Positions 17,597 through 27,629 of a stretch of DNA of 64,000 nucleotides are shown in pieces. Position 1 is the first letter of the stretch, and each line of letters starts with the position of its first letter. The notes under the pieces were generated by a model. That model was not told the DNA's origin, did not search any database, and saw only the letters and a list, made by a program, of their open reading frames with translations. The DNA lies in the NCBI GenBank assembly GCA_963677925.2, contig CAXXYH010000003.1:1120001-1184000 (forward strand). Reading direction: 5' to 3'. The position numbers and the translations under genes are program-made. This DNA is from Spirochaetia bacterium (lineage in GTDB: Bacteria; Spirochaetota; Spirochaetia; UBA9216).

Positions 17597-19513
17597 CTAT
17601 TTATCGGATATTGGCTGCGAGTATTTACTTTTCACCGGTATAGTAAAATAAAAATCAGAGCCTTTATTCTCAGTACTCTCGACTCTCAGCTTCCCGCCAA
17701 GCTTTTCGGAAAACTCCCGGCAGAGGACGAGCCCCAGGCCTGTACCAAGCTCATTCCCTGTACCGATGGTTGAATGAATCCGTTCGACACTGAACAGTTC
17801 GTTTATTACAGCCTGCGACATTCCGATACCCCTGTCACTTACGCAGACTGTTATTTCTGTTTTATTTTCATCAGCTGAAACAGTAACAGAACCGTCAGTA
17901 TGAGAAAACTTAATAGCATTTGAGATAAGATTCCTTAGAATAGTCTTGAGCATGGATAAATCTGTATTTACCTCAATTTTGTGCTCGGATTTGTAGATTA
18001 TATGAATCCGTTTCTGCATCGCAGCAAGTCTTGTAAGCTCAATGACATCTGAAACTACATCATCAAGTATAAGGTTCTCTGGCTCCACGTTTATTCCGCC
18101 GGTTTCAGTCATAGCCCAATCCAGAAGATTGGATAGAAGATCCATAACCTGCCGGGATGACTGCTGAACCATCCTGACGATAGAACCGACATCTTCTTTT
18201 GGTTCTCGTTCAGTCTTCAGTGCCAGCATATCGCATATACCCACAATCGAGCTTACAGGGTTTCTTAGATCATGTGCAATAATAGAAAAGAAACGATCCT
18301 TAAGCGCATTCATTTCACGAAGCTTTTCTCTGCTTGAAATAATTTCTTCCTCATACTTTTTGAAGACTGTAATATCCTGATTTATACCGAATATCTTGAT
18401 TGTATTTCCGTCCCTGTCCTTTTCAACAGATACTCGTACATTTATACTGCCGGGATTACCATCTGCGTATATCATCCTGTGAACAATCTGCGCAGTGTAG
18501 TCAGCTTTATCGGTATCCAGCGCTTTTTGAATCTCAGTCATCACAAGGTAACGGTCATCAGGATGTACAAATTTTTCCGCATACTGTTCCGGAGACAGGG
18601 TGCTGCCGCCGGCTTCCTTAGTGTCTGTCTTGAATAGAGAATAGAAGGTGTCATTAAAATGAAAAAGATTTTCTTCAACATCATAGACCCAGGGCCCCAG
18701 ATGGGCAATCTTAAGCGCCATATCAAGCTTGCTTTGAGCATCAATCCGGGCTGATTCAGACCGTTTCCTTTTTGAAATATCATGAGCCACGCCGATTATC
18801 ATTTTGGTATTTTCATCACGGTCCAGAGCCAGAGAGAAGCTAGATTCATACCAGACCCAATTCCCCAGCTTATTGCAGACCCTGAATTCAATTGATGAAA
18901 TTTTCCGTCCGTTTTCAGCGACCTGCTGTATTTTTTCCATAAATGCAGGATAATCCTGCTCGTGAATGATTTCACTTACATGGATACCTATAACTTCATG
19001 GACCGAATGCCCCAGTTTTTCCTTCCAGTTAGGACTCACATAATCAAAAATACCGTCTGTTGTAATTGAACAGATAATATCATTTGCGTATTCGACAATC
19101 GATCTGAATTTAATTTCTTTGGCAGATAGGCTGTTTTCAGCCTCCTTAATACTGGTTATATCAATTATTGTAGTTATTGTCTTTTTAGAGACCGCGGTTA
19201 CAGAAGCAGAAATTATACAGTAACGCAGTTCTCCTCGCTTATTTATGTAGGAGGTTTCGTATTCAGCTGGAGCCCCGGTTTCAGATTGATACCTTGCCTG
19301 ATTATACTTTTTAAGCCTGCTTGTCTCATTTACAGGCATCAAATCTGTCCACTTTCGGCCTGTCAGTTCATCTTCGGTGTATCCGCTCAGCACACAGAAT
19401 GCTTCATTAACCAGGGAAATTGTAAAGTCCTGTTCCAGGACGGCAATAGCAGCAGCACTGTTTCTAAAAATTTCCCTGTAAAGTGAATTGTCAAACTCAA
19501 GATTACCGCCCAT
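17597..19513 (-). CDS. Cytoplasmic multi-PAS histidine kinase
   Basis: Three PAS/PAC units, IIAHDLRNP, NLISNAIKF, DRGIG, GTGLGL. Confidence 0.92.
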   Translation of the reverse strand: MGGNLEFDNSLYREIFRNSAAAIAVLEQDFTISLVNEAFCVLSGYTEDELTGRKWTDLMPVNETSRLKKYNQARYQSETGAPAEYETSYINKRGELRYCIISASVTAVSKKTITTIIDITSIKEAENSLSAKEIKFRSIVEYANDIICSITTDGIFDYVSPNWKEKLGHSVHEVIGIHVSEIIHEQDYPAFMEKIQQVAENGRKISSIEFRVCNKLGNWVWYESSFSLALDRDENTKMIIGVAHDISKRKRSESARIDAQSKLDMALKIAHLGPWVYDVEENLFHFNDTFYSLFKTDTKEAGGSTLSPEQYAEKFVHPDDRYLVMTEIQKALDTDKADYTAQIVHRMIYADGNPGSINVRVSVEKDRDGNTIKIFGINQDITVFKKYEEEIISSREKLREMNALKDRFFSIIAHDLRNPVSSIVGICDMLALKTEREPKEDVGSIVRMVQQSSRQVMDLLSNLLDWAMTETGGINVEPENLILDDVVSDVIELTRLAAMQKRIHIIYKSEHKIEVNTDLSMLKTILRNLISNAIKFSHTDGSVTVSADENKTEITVCVSDRGIGMSQAVINELFSVERIHSTIGTGNELGTGLGLVLCREFSEKLGGKLRVESTENKGSDFYFTIPVKSKYSQPISDK

Positions 19514-19620
19514 TTACTCCCCTATTTCCATATAAAGGATAGGCTGTTGCACGTTCAGAGTCAAATAATTGGATAGACTTTAATTGGACTTACATTGAAG
19601 CTGAACTTATAATTGAATAT

Positions 19621-21339
19621 ATGAAGAAGTTTTCAATAATTATTATTCTTCTGTTCTGCCTTCATTCTGTGCTGCCCGCTCAAAATGAATCTCCTAATAT
19701 ACTTGTGATTCATTCATATAATCCGGATTATCCATGGACTTCAAATCTTGATAGAGGTCTAACAAATACACTTATTGAACGATATCCCTTTATCTCACTG
19801 GATAAGGAATTTTATGATTCCAAAAGATATCCTGTTGAACTTGTTGAATCTCCTTTTTATAACCACATAAAGAAAAAGTATGAGCATAAGGATTTTGATA
19901 TAGTCCTGACATCTGATGATAACGCTCTTAGATTTTATCTGAAATACAGAGAAGAGCTTTTTCCGAACACTCCCTGTGTTTTCAGTGGGATAAATAATAT
20001 TGATTTGTATGATTTTAAAAAAATGGACAAAATTACAGGGATATCAGAGGATTCAGATTTTGTTGCAAACCTTGAACTGATAGAGAATCTCCCGCTCAAT
20101 ATAGATACTATTGCCGTTATTTCCGATCCGACAACTACAGGCTCTGCAGATTTGATTAAGTTCAGAGAAATTTCAGAACCTTTTAAATCCAGATTTGATT
20201 TTATTGAACTGGTTGACCTCTCAATTGAGGAGCTTCTTTCTGCACTTGAAGAACTATCTCCGACAACAGCCATTTTCTTTATAAGTTTCTGGAGAGATAT
20301 CAACAATAAACCGCTGGAACCTGCTGTTATAATTCCAAAGCTGGCAGAAGTAAGCCAGCGGCCTGTAATTGGCGCCTGGGATTTTTTTATTACCGGAGGG
20401 GCTTTCGGCGGAATTGCAATTAATTCATATAATCACGGAGTCCTGCAGGCTGAATATGCCATTAAAGTTCTGGAAGGAATTCCTCCGGGCAGTATTCCAA
20501 TATTCCGGGGTGAAATAACCACTCCGTATTTCAATTATCAGGCTGTTAAAAAATTCGGACTGAAGATTTCCGACCTTCCGGAAGGAACTGTATTATTCAA
20601 TACTCCGGACACTCTCTATTTCAATAATCCGCAAATGTTCCGGGCAATCCTTATTGTTATTGTGGTGCTCACCGTTATGGTTAGCCTTCTTACATTCAAT
20701 ACTTTTAGAAAAAAACAGATCGAGACGGCACTCAGGAAAACGCTTAAAGAGAAACAGATTCTGCTTCAGGAGATACACCACAGGGTAAAAAATAATCTGC
20801 AGACCATTTCAAGTTTACTCAACCTCCAGTTGTATAATATTTCGGACGAAGAAGCTTCAAAAGCTATCATGGACAGCCAGAACCGTATCGAGGCTATGGC
20901 GCAGGCGCATAAAAAACTTTATGAATCTGACTCGCTGGATGATATTGACTTTGGAGATTATATTCGAAGTCTCAGCCGAATACTGGCTGCACAGGGACCT
21001 GAAGATCTGATAGTTGAAACGAATTGCAGCGAAGTCCCTGCCAGCATAGACATATCAGTTCCTGTTGGATTGATTCTGAATGAACTTATAACAAACAGTA
21101 TTAAATATGCCTTTAATTCAGTCAGCGATAAAAAAATCATAATCACTTGTTCAAGGATTGGGGAAAATAATTTATTACTGACATACACAGACAGTGGGCC
21201 GGGATTTGACCTTGAAACAGAGAAGCACACATCATTGGGACTGCAGCTCGTTGAGGCTCTGTTGCTCCAGCTTCGGGCTGAAATGAAATATGACAATTCT
21301 GACCGCTCCAAATTTCTAATAAACATAAAATTAAATTAA
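19621..21339 (+). CDS. Sensor histidine kinase (HisKA_2 type) with periplasmic SBP-like sensor
   Basis: [13 protein letters not shown] sensor start, single [36 protein letters not shown]. Confidence 0.9.
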   Translation: MKKFSIIIILLFCLHSVLPAQNESPNILVIHSYNPDYPWTSNLDRGLTNTLIERYPFISLDKEFYDSKRYPVELVESPFYNHIKKKYEHKDFDIVLTSDDNALRFYLKYREELFPNTPCVFSGINNIDLYDFKKMDKITGISEDSDFVANLELIENLPLNIDTIAVISDPTTTGSADLIKFREISEPFKSRFDFIELVDLSIEELLSALEELSPTTAIFFISFWRDINNKPLEPAVIIPKLAEVSQRPVIGAWDFFITGGAFGGIAINSYNHGVLQAEYAIKVLEGIPPGSIPIFRGEITTPYFNYQAVKKFGLKISDLPEGTVLFNTPDTLYFNNPQMFRAILIVIVVLTVMVSLLTFNTFRKKQIETALRKTLKEKQILLQEIHHRVKNNLQTISSLLNLQLYNISDEEASKAIMDSQNRIEAMAQAHKKLYESDSLDDIDFGDYIRSLSRILAAQGPEDLIVETNCSEVPASIDISVPVGLILNELITNSIKYAFNSVSDKKIIITCSRIGENNLLLTYTDSGPGFDLETEKHTSLGLQLVEALLLQLRAEMKYDNSDRSKFLINIKLN

Positions 21340-21342
21340 AAG

Positions 21343-21371
21343 AAAAGTACAGATTTGCAAGGTCGGTCGCC
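21343..21371 (+). promoter_or_regulatory. A4-GTAC-N14-GGTCGCC motif variant
   Basis: Ends 56 nt before the ATG at 21427. The gene lies next to a membrane AraC. Confidence 0.4.
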
Positions 21372-21426
21372 GGATCCTGAAAGCGGACATAGAATTAACC
21401 TAAATAATAATTAAAGGAGATATTCT

Positions 21427-23106
21427 ATGAAATCCCTAAAGTCAGCCGTAACGGCTCTTCTGCTGGCAGGAGCTGTATTATGCTCTTTTTCATGTGCCTC
21501 ATTTGAGATGCCAGAAGGAGCGAGTATTGAACTTGTTCAGAACGATGTAAGTGAAGCCGGAGGAAGTTTCTTCATCTACACACCTTCAAAAACAAATCAC
21601 CGCTTTGTGATGTCGCCAATGAGAAATTCGGTAATCTATATTTACCCGGATACTCCCTATGCAAATGGAGAAGAAGCACTGGCTGCCATGCATAAAAAAG
21701 GTCTCATCGGGATTGCTGAAGAAAATGCAGCCTATTTAATTGCACCTAACCCGGCAGCTGGAAATGCCTGGAGCGAAGCCGATTTAAGTCTTTATGAAGA
21801 TATACAGGAATGGCTATACGGAGGAAAAGGCGAGGTATTGTTCATGACTCAGAACAAGGTAAGAGCGACAAGCAACCTCACCTACATTGCAGCCGAAGGC
21901 AGCGGTGCTGATTATGTTAACAGCATTGTTGCAAAAGGAAATAACGGAAAAAGAGTTGCAGCTGTACTGACCTGCGGAGGAACAATTGCCAATCAATCCG
22001 CAGAAAGCCTTTCAATCCCTGCATTTATTTCAGGCAGCAGTGCTGAAGTTGAAGCTTTCTACATGAACATAAACGGAACTGATTCTGAACCTGAAACAGG
22101 AGTCTTCGTTAACAGCAGTTTTCCCCTGAAAAGGGTTATAGTTCAGAGCTCAGGCAGTGAACTTACAAAATCAACAGTAAACAAAGCCTGGGATGAACTT
22201 TTCAGTGTCACAGCCAGGTTTAATGTTGACGGAGCTGCAGTACTTACTCCATCTGTATTCTACCTCAACAGCCGGCTCAACTGTGAAAAATACGGACTCA
22301 CAAGAGTTGAACATCTTGATGAAGAACTTGCCGACGGAACAAAGGCCATTTGGTACGACTACATCCCATCAAGCGTGACGGCCGACATGGACAGGAATGT
22401 ACCGCTGGTTATTGCTTTCCATGGAAAAGACGGCGATCCCGAGGATATTGCCGACAGTGCAGGCTGGGCACAAAAAGCTGCTGAAGAGGGATTTATCCTT
22501 ATCGCTCCTGACTACCCGGATCAGGGTATCACAGCCGAGAATAATTCAATTGTTATGCAGATCCTGGATTATGCTGTTAAAACATACCCTGTTGACGAAA
22601 GCCGGATTTATCTTACAGGATTCTCTATGGGCGGAGTTATGTCAGGATTTGTCGGACTGCAGAATACAGATAAAATTGCCGCAATCGCTATAATGGGCTC
22701 AACAGGCTATTATGATGATAACTTTGTTAAACTTGTTGAAGAAAAGAAAGCAGATACCGACCTTCCATTCCTGCTGCTTGTGGGCAAGAAAGACATGCTT
22801 AACATTACACCTGATGAATCGGGAAATCCTGTAATTGGAAACATCTATCCGGGAAGCATTGATTTACTTATGAAGTTTAATGAAATTGAGGTATCTGAAC
22901 GGAATTACGCAGCCTACCCTTTCTGGGGATTTAAAACTGAAGATTCAAGAACTGTTGAAGATAAAGATCTGCATTATGATTTCAGTTATCTTTACAAAAA
23001 TGGAAAAACAGCTGCAGAGTTTATCCTTTTCGAAGAAGCAGGCCACACTCATGCTGATTATTATGCGACCATAGGCTGGGACTTCCTTTCCGGATATACC
23101 AGATAA
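21427..23106 (+). CDS. Exported esterase / PHB-depolymerase-family alpha/beta hydrolase (probable lipoprotein)
   Basis: Signal peptide with Cys, PLVIAFHG, DESRIYLTGFSMGG, GKKD, EAGH. RBS AAGGAG. Confidence 0.82.
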   Translation: MKSLKSAVTALLLAGAVLCSFSCASFEMPEGASIELVQNDVSEAGGSFFIYTPSKTNHRFVMSPMRNSVIYIYPDTPYANGEEALAAMHKKGLIGIAEENAAYLIAPNPAAGNAWSEADLSLYEDIQEWLYGGKGEVLFMTQNKVRATSNLTYIAAEGSGADYVNSIVAKGNNGKRVAAVLTCGGTIANQSAESLSIPAFISGSSAEVEAFYMNINGTDSEPETGVFVNSSFPLKRVIVQSSGSELTKSTVNKAWDELFSVTARFNVDGAAVLTPSVFYLNSRLNCEKYGLTRVEHLDEELADGTKAIWYDYIPSSVTADMDRNVPLVIAFHGKDGDPEDIADSAGWAQKAAEEGFILIAPDYPDQGITAENNSIVMQILDYAVKTYPVDESRIYLTGFSMGGVMSGFVGLQNTDKIAAIAIMGSTGYYDDNFVKLVEEKKADTDLPFLLLVGKKDMLNITPDESGNPVIGNIYPGSIDLLMKFNEIEVSERNYAAYPFWGFKTEDSRTVEDKDLHYDFSYLYKNGKTAAEFILFEEAGHTHADYYATIGWDFLSGYTR

Positions 23107-23116
23107 AACTGATTTA

Positions 23117-23152
23117 AAAAGGCTGAAAACCTGTAATAGTTTTCAGCCTTTT
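23117..23152. terminator. Bidirectional intrinsic terminator
   Basis: aaaaggctgaaaac-N8-gttttcagcctttt between convergent genes. Confidence 0.8.
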
Positions 23153-24273
23153 CTCTGAAGTTCCTTTCTGTAAGCAGTGGGCGTTTGCCCTGTCTGCTGT
23201 TTAAAAACAGTATTAAATGTAGATTTTGAATTAAACCCGCATCGGAAAGCAATATCAATCAGTTTTACATCCGGGTTAATTTCATTTTTCAGAGCTTTTA
23301 TCACCTCTGAAACTCTGTAGTAATTAATATAGTTATAGAAATTCTTTCCATATATATTATTTATAACTACTGAAAGATGGTAATAGGGAATTTTCATCTG
23401 CTCGGAAAGGTCCTTGATATTAAGTCTTTCATCAAGATAAGGTTTTTCTTTTTCCATATATTCTTCAAGCCTGCCTGCATACAGTTTCTGAAGAGGCAGA
23501 TCGATATTCAGCCTGGAATACTTCGGATTTTCATCAGTCTGATTTGATAAACCGCTGTTAATGAGACTATACATATCTCTGTTCTGGGTGACAATCAACG
23601 GCTGATTTATTAAAAGGCTTAGAATTATAAACATGCTTACACACAGCGTAGTAAGAATAATGATGGCAACAAGCGGTGTCGGTCCTTTAAAAAAAGCATA
23701 CCAGAACCCTGCATTTGAAATGGCAAAAAAGATTAGGGGTGTTATTAGTATCCTCAAAAACCAGTTAATATCTCTTTTTTCAATCTCGGAGAAGTAATCC
23801 CTGATATCGGCAGAGTATTTTTTCATTTTAATAAATGCCAGGCATACATAGATCAGGGAGTTTATCATCCCTATACCAACGATATAGAGAGTATTTTTAG
23901 TCAGCAGCTGTCCGTAAATTCTGGGCGAATCATCAATGATAAATGAAGTAATATGAAAAACCAGTAGTACAGCATAAACACTTAAATGAAGCATTCGGCT
24001 TCCGAGGCTGTTGTGTTTTTGACCCGTGAGCGTAATTGTATAAAAATAAATAAAAACACCGTGAAGTGCATTTGAAGGCAATAGTATAATAGAAAACAAA
24101 TCACCGATTTTCCACATTCCTAAATTCCAGAAAAAAAACGGTAAATAAGAGGCTGCTGAAATCAGAATGAACCATGATAAAAATGCATTTGCCTCACGAT
24201 TCTGTTTGGAAACAGTGATGACAAAACCTGTAAGGACTGCCATAGAAATTGAAATGACCTGTGTGTGATGCAT
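23143..24273 (-). CDS. Membrane-anchored AraC-family transcriptional regulator
   Basis: N-terminal TMs, EKPYLDERL, NFYNYIN.YR, IAFRCGFNSKSTFNTVFKQQTGQTP. Confidence 0.92.
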   Translation of the reverse strand: MHHTQVISISMAVLTGFVITVSKQNREANAFLSWFILISAASYLPFFFWNLGMWKIGDLFSIILLPSNALHGVFIYFYTITLTGQKHNSLGSRMLHLSVYAVLLVFHITSFIIDDSPRIYGQLLTKNTLYIVGIGMINSLIYVCLAFIKMKKYSADIRDYFSEIEKRDINWFLRILITPLIFFAISNAGFWYAFFKGPTPLVAIIILTTLCVSMFIILSLLINQPLIVTQNRDMYSLINSGLSNQTDENPKYSRLNIDLPLQKLYAGRLEEYMEKEKPYLDERLNIKDLSEQMKIPYYHLSVVINNIYGKNFYNYINYYRVSEVIKALKNEINPDVKLIDIAFRCGFNSKSTFNTVFKQQTGQTPTAYRKELQRKG

Positions 24274-24429
24274 CAGACTGTTTAATATTTCCGTAAGATA
24301 TCTCCATATTCCAGTGATAAGCAGTCAATATTAAAATTAATGCTGTCTGGTATCAATAAGGAATTCAAAACTAAGCACTAACCTGTCGAGAAAATTAATA
24401 TAGGTATAATAAAGCTTGGAGTTAAGTTA

Positions 24430-25068
24430 ATGAACGATGAAAAAGATTATTCCGGACTTCTGAATCTGCCTGATAAGATCGGAGAGATATCAGAATATTA
24501 TGACAGCTGGGCAAAAGAATACAATGACACCCTGAAACAGTGGGATTATCATGCCCCTGAAAATGCAGCAGAAATAATCAGCAGCAATGTACCTGTATCA
24601 GGAGAGATTCTTGATGCAGGATGCGGAACAGGACTTGTCGGCACTGCACTTGCAGCAAAGGGATTCACAAAAATAGACGGTATAGATTTATCGGCAGAAT
24701 CACTCATTCAGGCATCAAAAGCCTCTGTTTACCGCAGTCTTCATGAGCTGAATATGAAAGAACTGCCGCTGCCTATTGACTCAAACACATACGACGGATT
24801 GCTCTGTGTAGGTGTCCTTACCTATCTGCCGGACAGTACAGATATCATTCGTGAATTCTCCCGAATAGTAAAACCAGGCGGGATAGTAGCTCTTACACAG
24901 AGGGATGATATATTCCAGGAAAGGAACTTCGATACAGTTCTTGATAAGCTGGTGGAGAAGCAGGTAATCGCAGACCTTAAAATATCTGCACCTCTTCCAT
25001 ACCTTCCGGAAAACGAGGAATTCGGCGAAGATATTCTGGTACAGTACATAAGTTTCAGAGCCGCATAA
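24430..25068 (+). CDS. Class I SAM-dependent methyltransferase
   Basis: YDSWAKEY, ILDAGCGTG, GIDLS, VKPGG. Confidence 0.9.
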   Translation: MNDEKDYSGLLNLPDKIGEISEYYDSWAKEYNDTLKQWDYHAPENAAEIISSNVPVSGEILDAGCGTGLVGTALAAKGFTKIDGIDLSAESLIQASKASVYRSLHELNMKELPLPIDSNTYDGLLCVGVLTYLPDSTDIIREFSRIVKPGGIVALTQRDDIFQERNFDTVLDKLVEKQVIADLKISAPLPYLPENEEFGEDILVQYISFRAA

Positions 25069-25174
25069 ATTATATAAAAATATGTTTCCATTATTTATGC
25101 AAATGCGGTATAGTAACTTTAATATAAAAATCAGAGTAATCGATTACAACCTTAGTATATAAGGAACACGGCCG

Positions 25175-26740
25175 GTGAATACAGTATTTATTATAAAAAC
25201 TTCTACGCTTTTAGCTTCTCTGCTATCAGCGGCTCTTTATATATACGTATTCAGACAGCGCAAACTGTCAAAACCGCTGTGGTATTATGCAGGTTTGATG
25301 CTTGCTAATACGGTTTATGCAACTTCATATTTTATCGAACTTCATATTCCTAATCTTAACGGTGCAATATTATGCCTTAATTTTGAATATTTAGGTTTGT
25401 CATTCGTTCCTTCGTTCTGGGTCCTGATTGCATGGTCTTATAACAACCGGGGAACCAGTACTATAGGCATAGGAAATATTTGGAGAAAAATCATTCTTAT
25501 TATTCCGGCAGTAATTGTTATCCTGGTATGGACAAACCCGCTGCACCATCTGGTTTACACTGATATTTCGCTGACATCCGGTTTACCCCTTACGGTATTG
25601 CAGACAGAAAGAGCTCACTTTTTCTGGCTTATAAATGCTGTACTGACAATCCTGCATGTTCTCGGAACCGGCAGGCTGATATACAGCCTCATCAGCTTCA
25701 AAGGCAGATTCAAAATACAGTTCAGCCTTATGATCTCGGCAACGATCCTCCCGACTATTGCACATATTCTTCTTTTACTAAAAAAAGTTCCATACAACAT
25801 GGACCTTGTTCCTTCTGCATTCGGAATTTCAGGACTGCTTCTGTTCTGGGGAATGATTAAAATGCAGCTTTTTGACCTGCTGCCTATCGCAAGAAATATG
25901 GTACTTGAAGCTATTGATGATGCTGTTTTAATTGTCGATTTAAAATACCGGCTGGTTGAATGCAACAAGTCTGCAAAAAAACACCTTGCAAAAACAAAAT
26001 ATAAAGATCCTGAGAAGGTTATGGAATGGACCAACCTTGAGCTTTGGCAGAAACTTCTGAGAGTTGAAGATTCTGCAGAAATACAGCTCACAGTCGACAG
26101 CTGTATTCATTTTTTCAAAGTTTCAAGATCTTCAATTTCACATGGTGTTTACGGCACATTGGGCTACCTCTACATCATGCATGATATTACAGAGATTAAA
26201 TCATATGTCGAAAAGCTGGAAACCCTTGCCTCGGTAGACAGCCTTACAGGTCTTTTCAACCGCAGGCATTTTATGCAGCTTGCAAAGCTTGAAGTTTCCA
26301 GAGTTGACAGATACGACGGATTTTTTTCTATGATCATTTTCGATCTCGATCATTTTAAAAAGGTCAATGATAAATTCGGGCATAGCGCCGGAGACGAAGC
26401 CCTGCAGATGGTGGGCCGTCTGGTCATGGAGAATACAAGAGCCGGAGACCTGTATGCAAGATATGGAGGAGAAGAATTCGTCCTGCTTTACCGTGAGACA
26501 ACACCGGAACAGGCGGAGATGTCTGTTGAAAGACTGAGGCTGGCCATTGAGACTGCACAGGTTTATCATAATGAAAAAAGGATTCCGGTTACTGCAAGTT
26601 TCGGAATCAGTCACTATAAGCCCGGAACCGGGATGACTCTTGAAAAATGCCTTAATAACGCTGACACAGCAATGTACGAAGCCAAACGCCTCGGCCGTAA
26701 CAGAATATGCCATTTTGATCCGCTTACAACAGTGAAATAA
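25175..26740 (+). CDS. Diguanylate cyclase with HisKA_7TM-type membrane domain and PAS-like domain
   Basis: 7TM with WTNPLHHL, DSLTGLFNRR, DLDHFKKVND, RYGGEEF, AKRLGRN. GTG start. Confidence 0.92.
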   Translation: MNTVFIIKTSTLLASLLSAALYIYVFRQRKLSKPLWYYAGLMLANTVYATSYFIELHIPNLNGAILCLNFEYLGLSFVPSFWVLIAWSYNNRGTSTIGIGNIWRKIILIIPAVIVILVWTNPLHHLVYTDISLTSGLPLTVLQTERAHFFWLINAVLTILHVLGTGRLIYSLISFKGRFKIQFSLMISATILPTIAHILLLLKKVPYNMDLVPSAFGISGLLLFWGMIKMQLFDLLPIARNMVLEAIDDAVLIVDLKYRLVECNKSAKKHLAKTKYKDPEKVMEWTNLELWQKLLRVEDSAEIQLTVDSCIHFFKVSRSSISHGVYGTLGYLYIMHDITEIKSYVEKLETLASVDSLTGLFNRRHFMQLAKLEVSRVDRYDGFFSMIIFDLDHFKKVNDKFGHSAGDEALQMVGRLVMENTRAGDLYARYGGEEFVLLYRETTPEQAEMSVERLRLAIETAQVYHNEKRIPVTASFGISHYKPGTGMTLEKCLNNADTAMYEAKRLGRNRICHFDPLTTVK

Positions 26741-26743
26741 GGC

Positions 26744-27619
26744 TCAGTGGATTTTCTGCTCCAGCCAGACCTTTGTAACCGCCCCGCTTCTGATTGTATC
26801 TATTATACCGTCATCCCTTATAATTACTGTAGTAGGAATAGAACTTATATCGAAGGCCAATGCGGCCTCTCCTGTCCGATCAAAATAAACAGGAAAGGGC
26901 ATTTTTTCATCTTCAAGGTAGCTCTCCAGAGCCTCACGATTCTGTTCACTTGTTGTTAAATTAACAGACAGAAATAGAACATCCCCGTTTTTATTTTCCG
27001 CATAAAACGCTTTCAATTCAGGCATCTCTGCTCTGCAGGGCGGGCACCAGCTGGCCCAGAAATTCAGGACTATAGTCTTGCCGGCAAAATCTGAAATATT
27101 ATAAAGATCACCGGATTCGCCGCTTATCGAAAAATCCGGAACCAGTGCTCCGGCATTTATTGAGTCTTCCGTACTTTCATTCAATATCCGCTTCCCTGCA
27201 GCTCCGGTGACAAAACCTGTCACTACTATTATCAGGATAAGAATTAATGAATTTAGTTTGAAACTCCTGAGTAAGGGGCTTCTCTCCCCTTTTGCTTTAT
27301 AAAGTTTCCAGAATACATACCCGATAGCAGGTATAATTCCAAGGATAACCCCAGAAAGCCCTCCCGGCAGATATAGAACAGCTACAGGATTGCTGATTAC
27401 AGTTTGAAACTGAAAAACCAGCGGGGATAATTTCCAGACGATTATAAGAATGAATACCGCATTAAAAAGTATCCCGTCAGCTGATTTAAGCTGTTCGGGG
27501 CTTTTCCGATATACCTGCCTGATAACAATGCTGTAAACCAGCCAGGATAGAGCAAGCACTATGAAATAAAGGGGCAGATTCAGCGGCCCCAGAGTAACTA
27601 TTCTGTTAAAAACTTCCAA
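26744..27619 (-). CDS. TlpA/ResA-family thiol-disulfide oxidoreductase with N-terminal membrane domain
   Basis: VLNFWASWCPPCRAEMP and IPTT cis-Pro loop; about 4 N-terminal TM. Confidence 0.88.
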   Translation of the reverse strand: MEVFNRIVTLGPLNLPLYFIVLALSWLVYSIVIRQVYRKSPEQLKSADGILFNAVFILIIVWKLSPLVFQFQTVISNPVAVLYLPGGLSGVILGIIPAIGYVFWKLYKAKGERSPLLRSFKLNSLILILIIVVTGFVTGAAGKRILNESTEDSINAGALVPDFSISGESGDLYNISDFAGKTIVLNFWASWCPPCRAEMPELKAFYAENKNGDVLFLSVNLTTSEQNREALESYLEDEKMPFPVYFDRTGEAALAFDISSIPTTVIIRDDGIIDTIRSGAVTKVWLEQKIH

Positions 27620-27629
27620 ATATATAACC

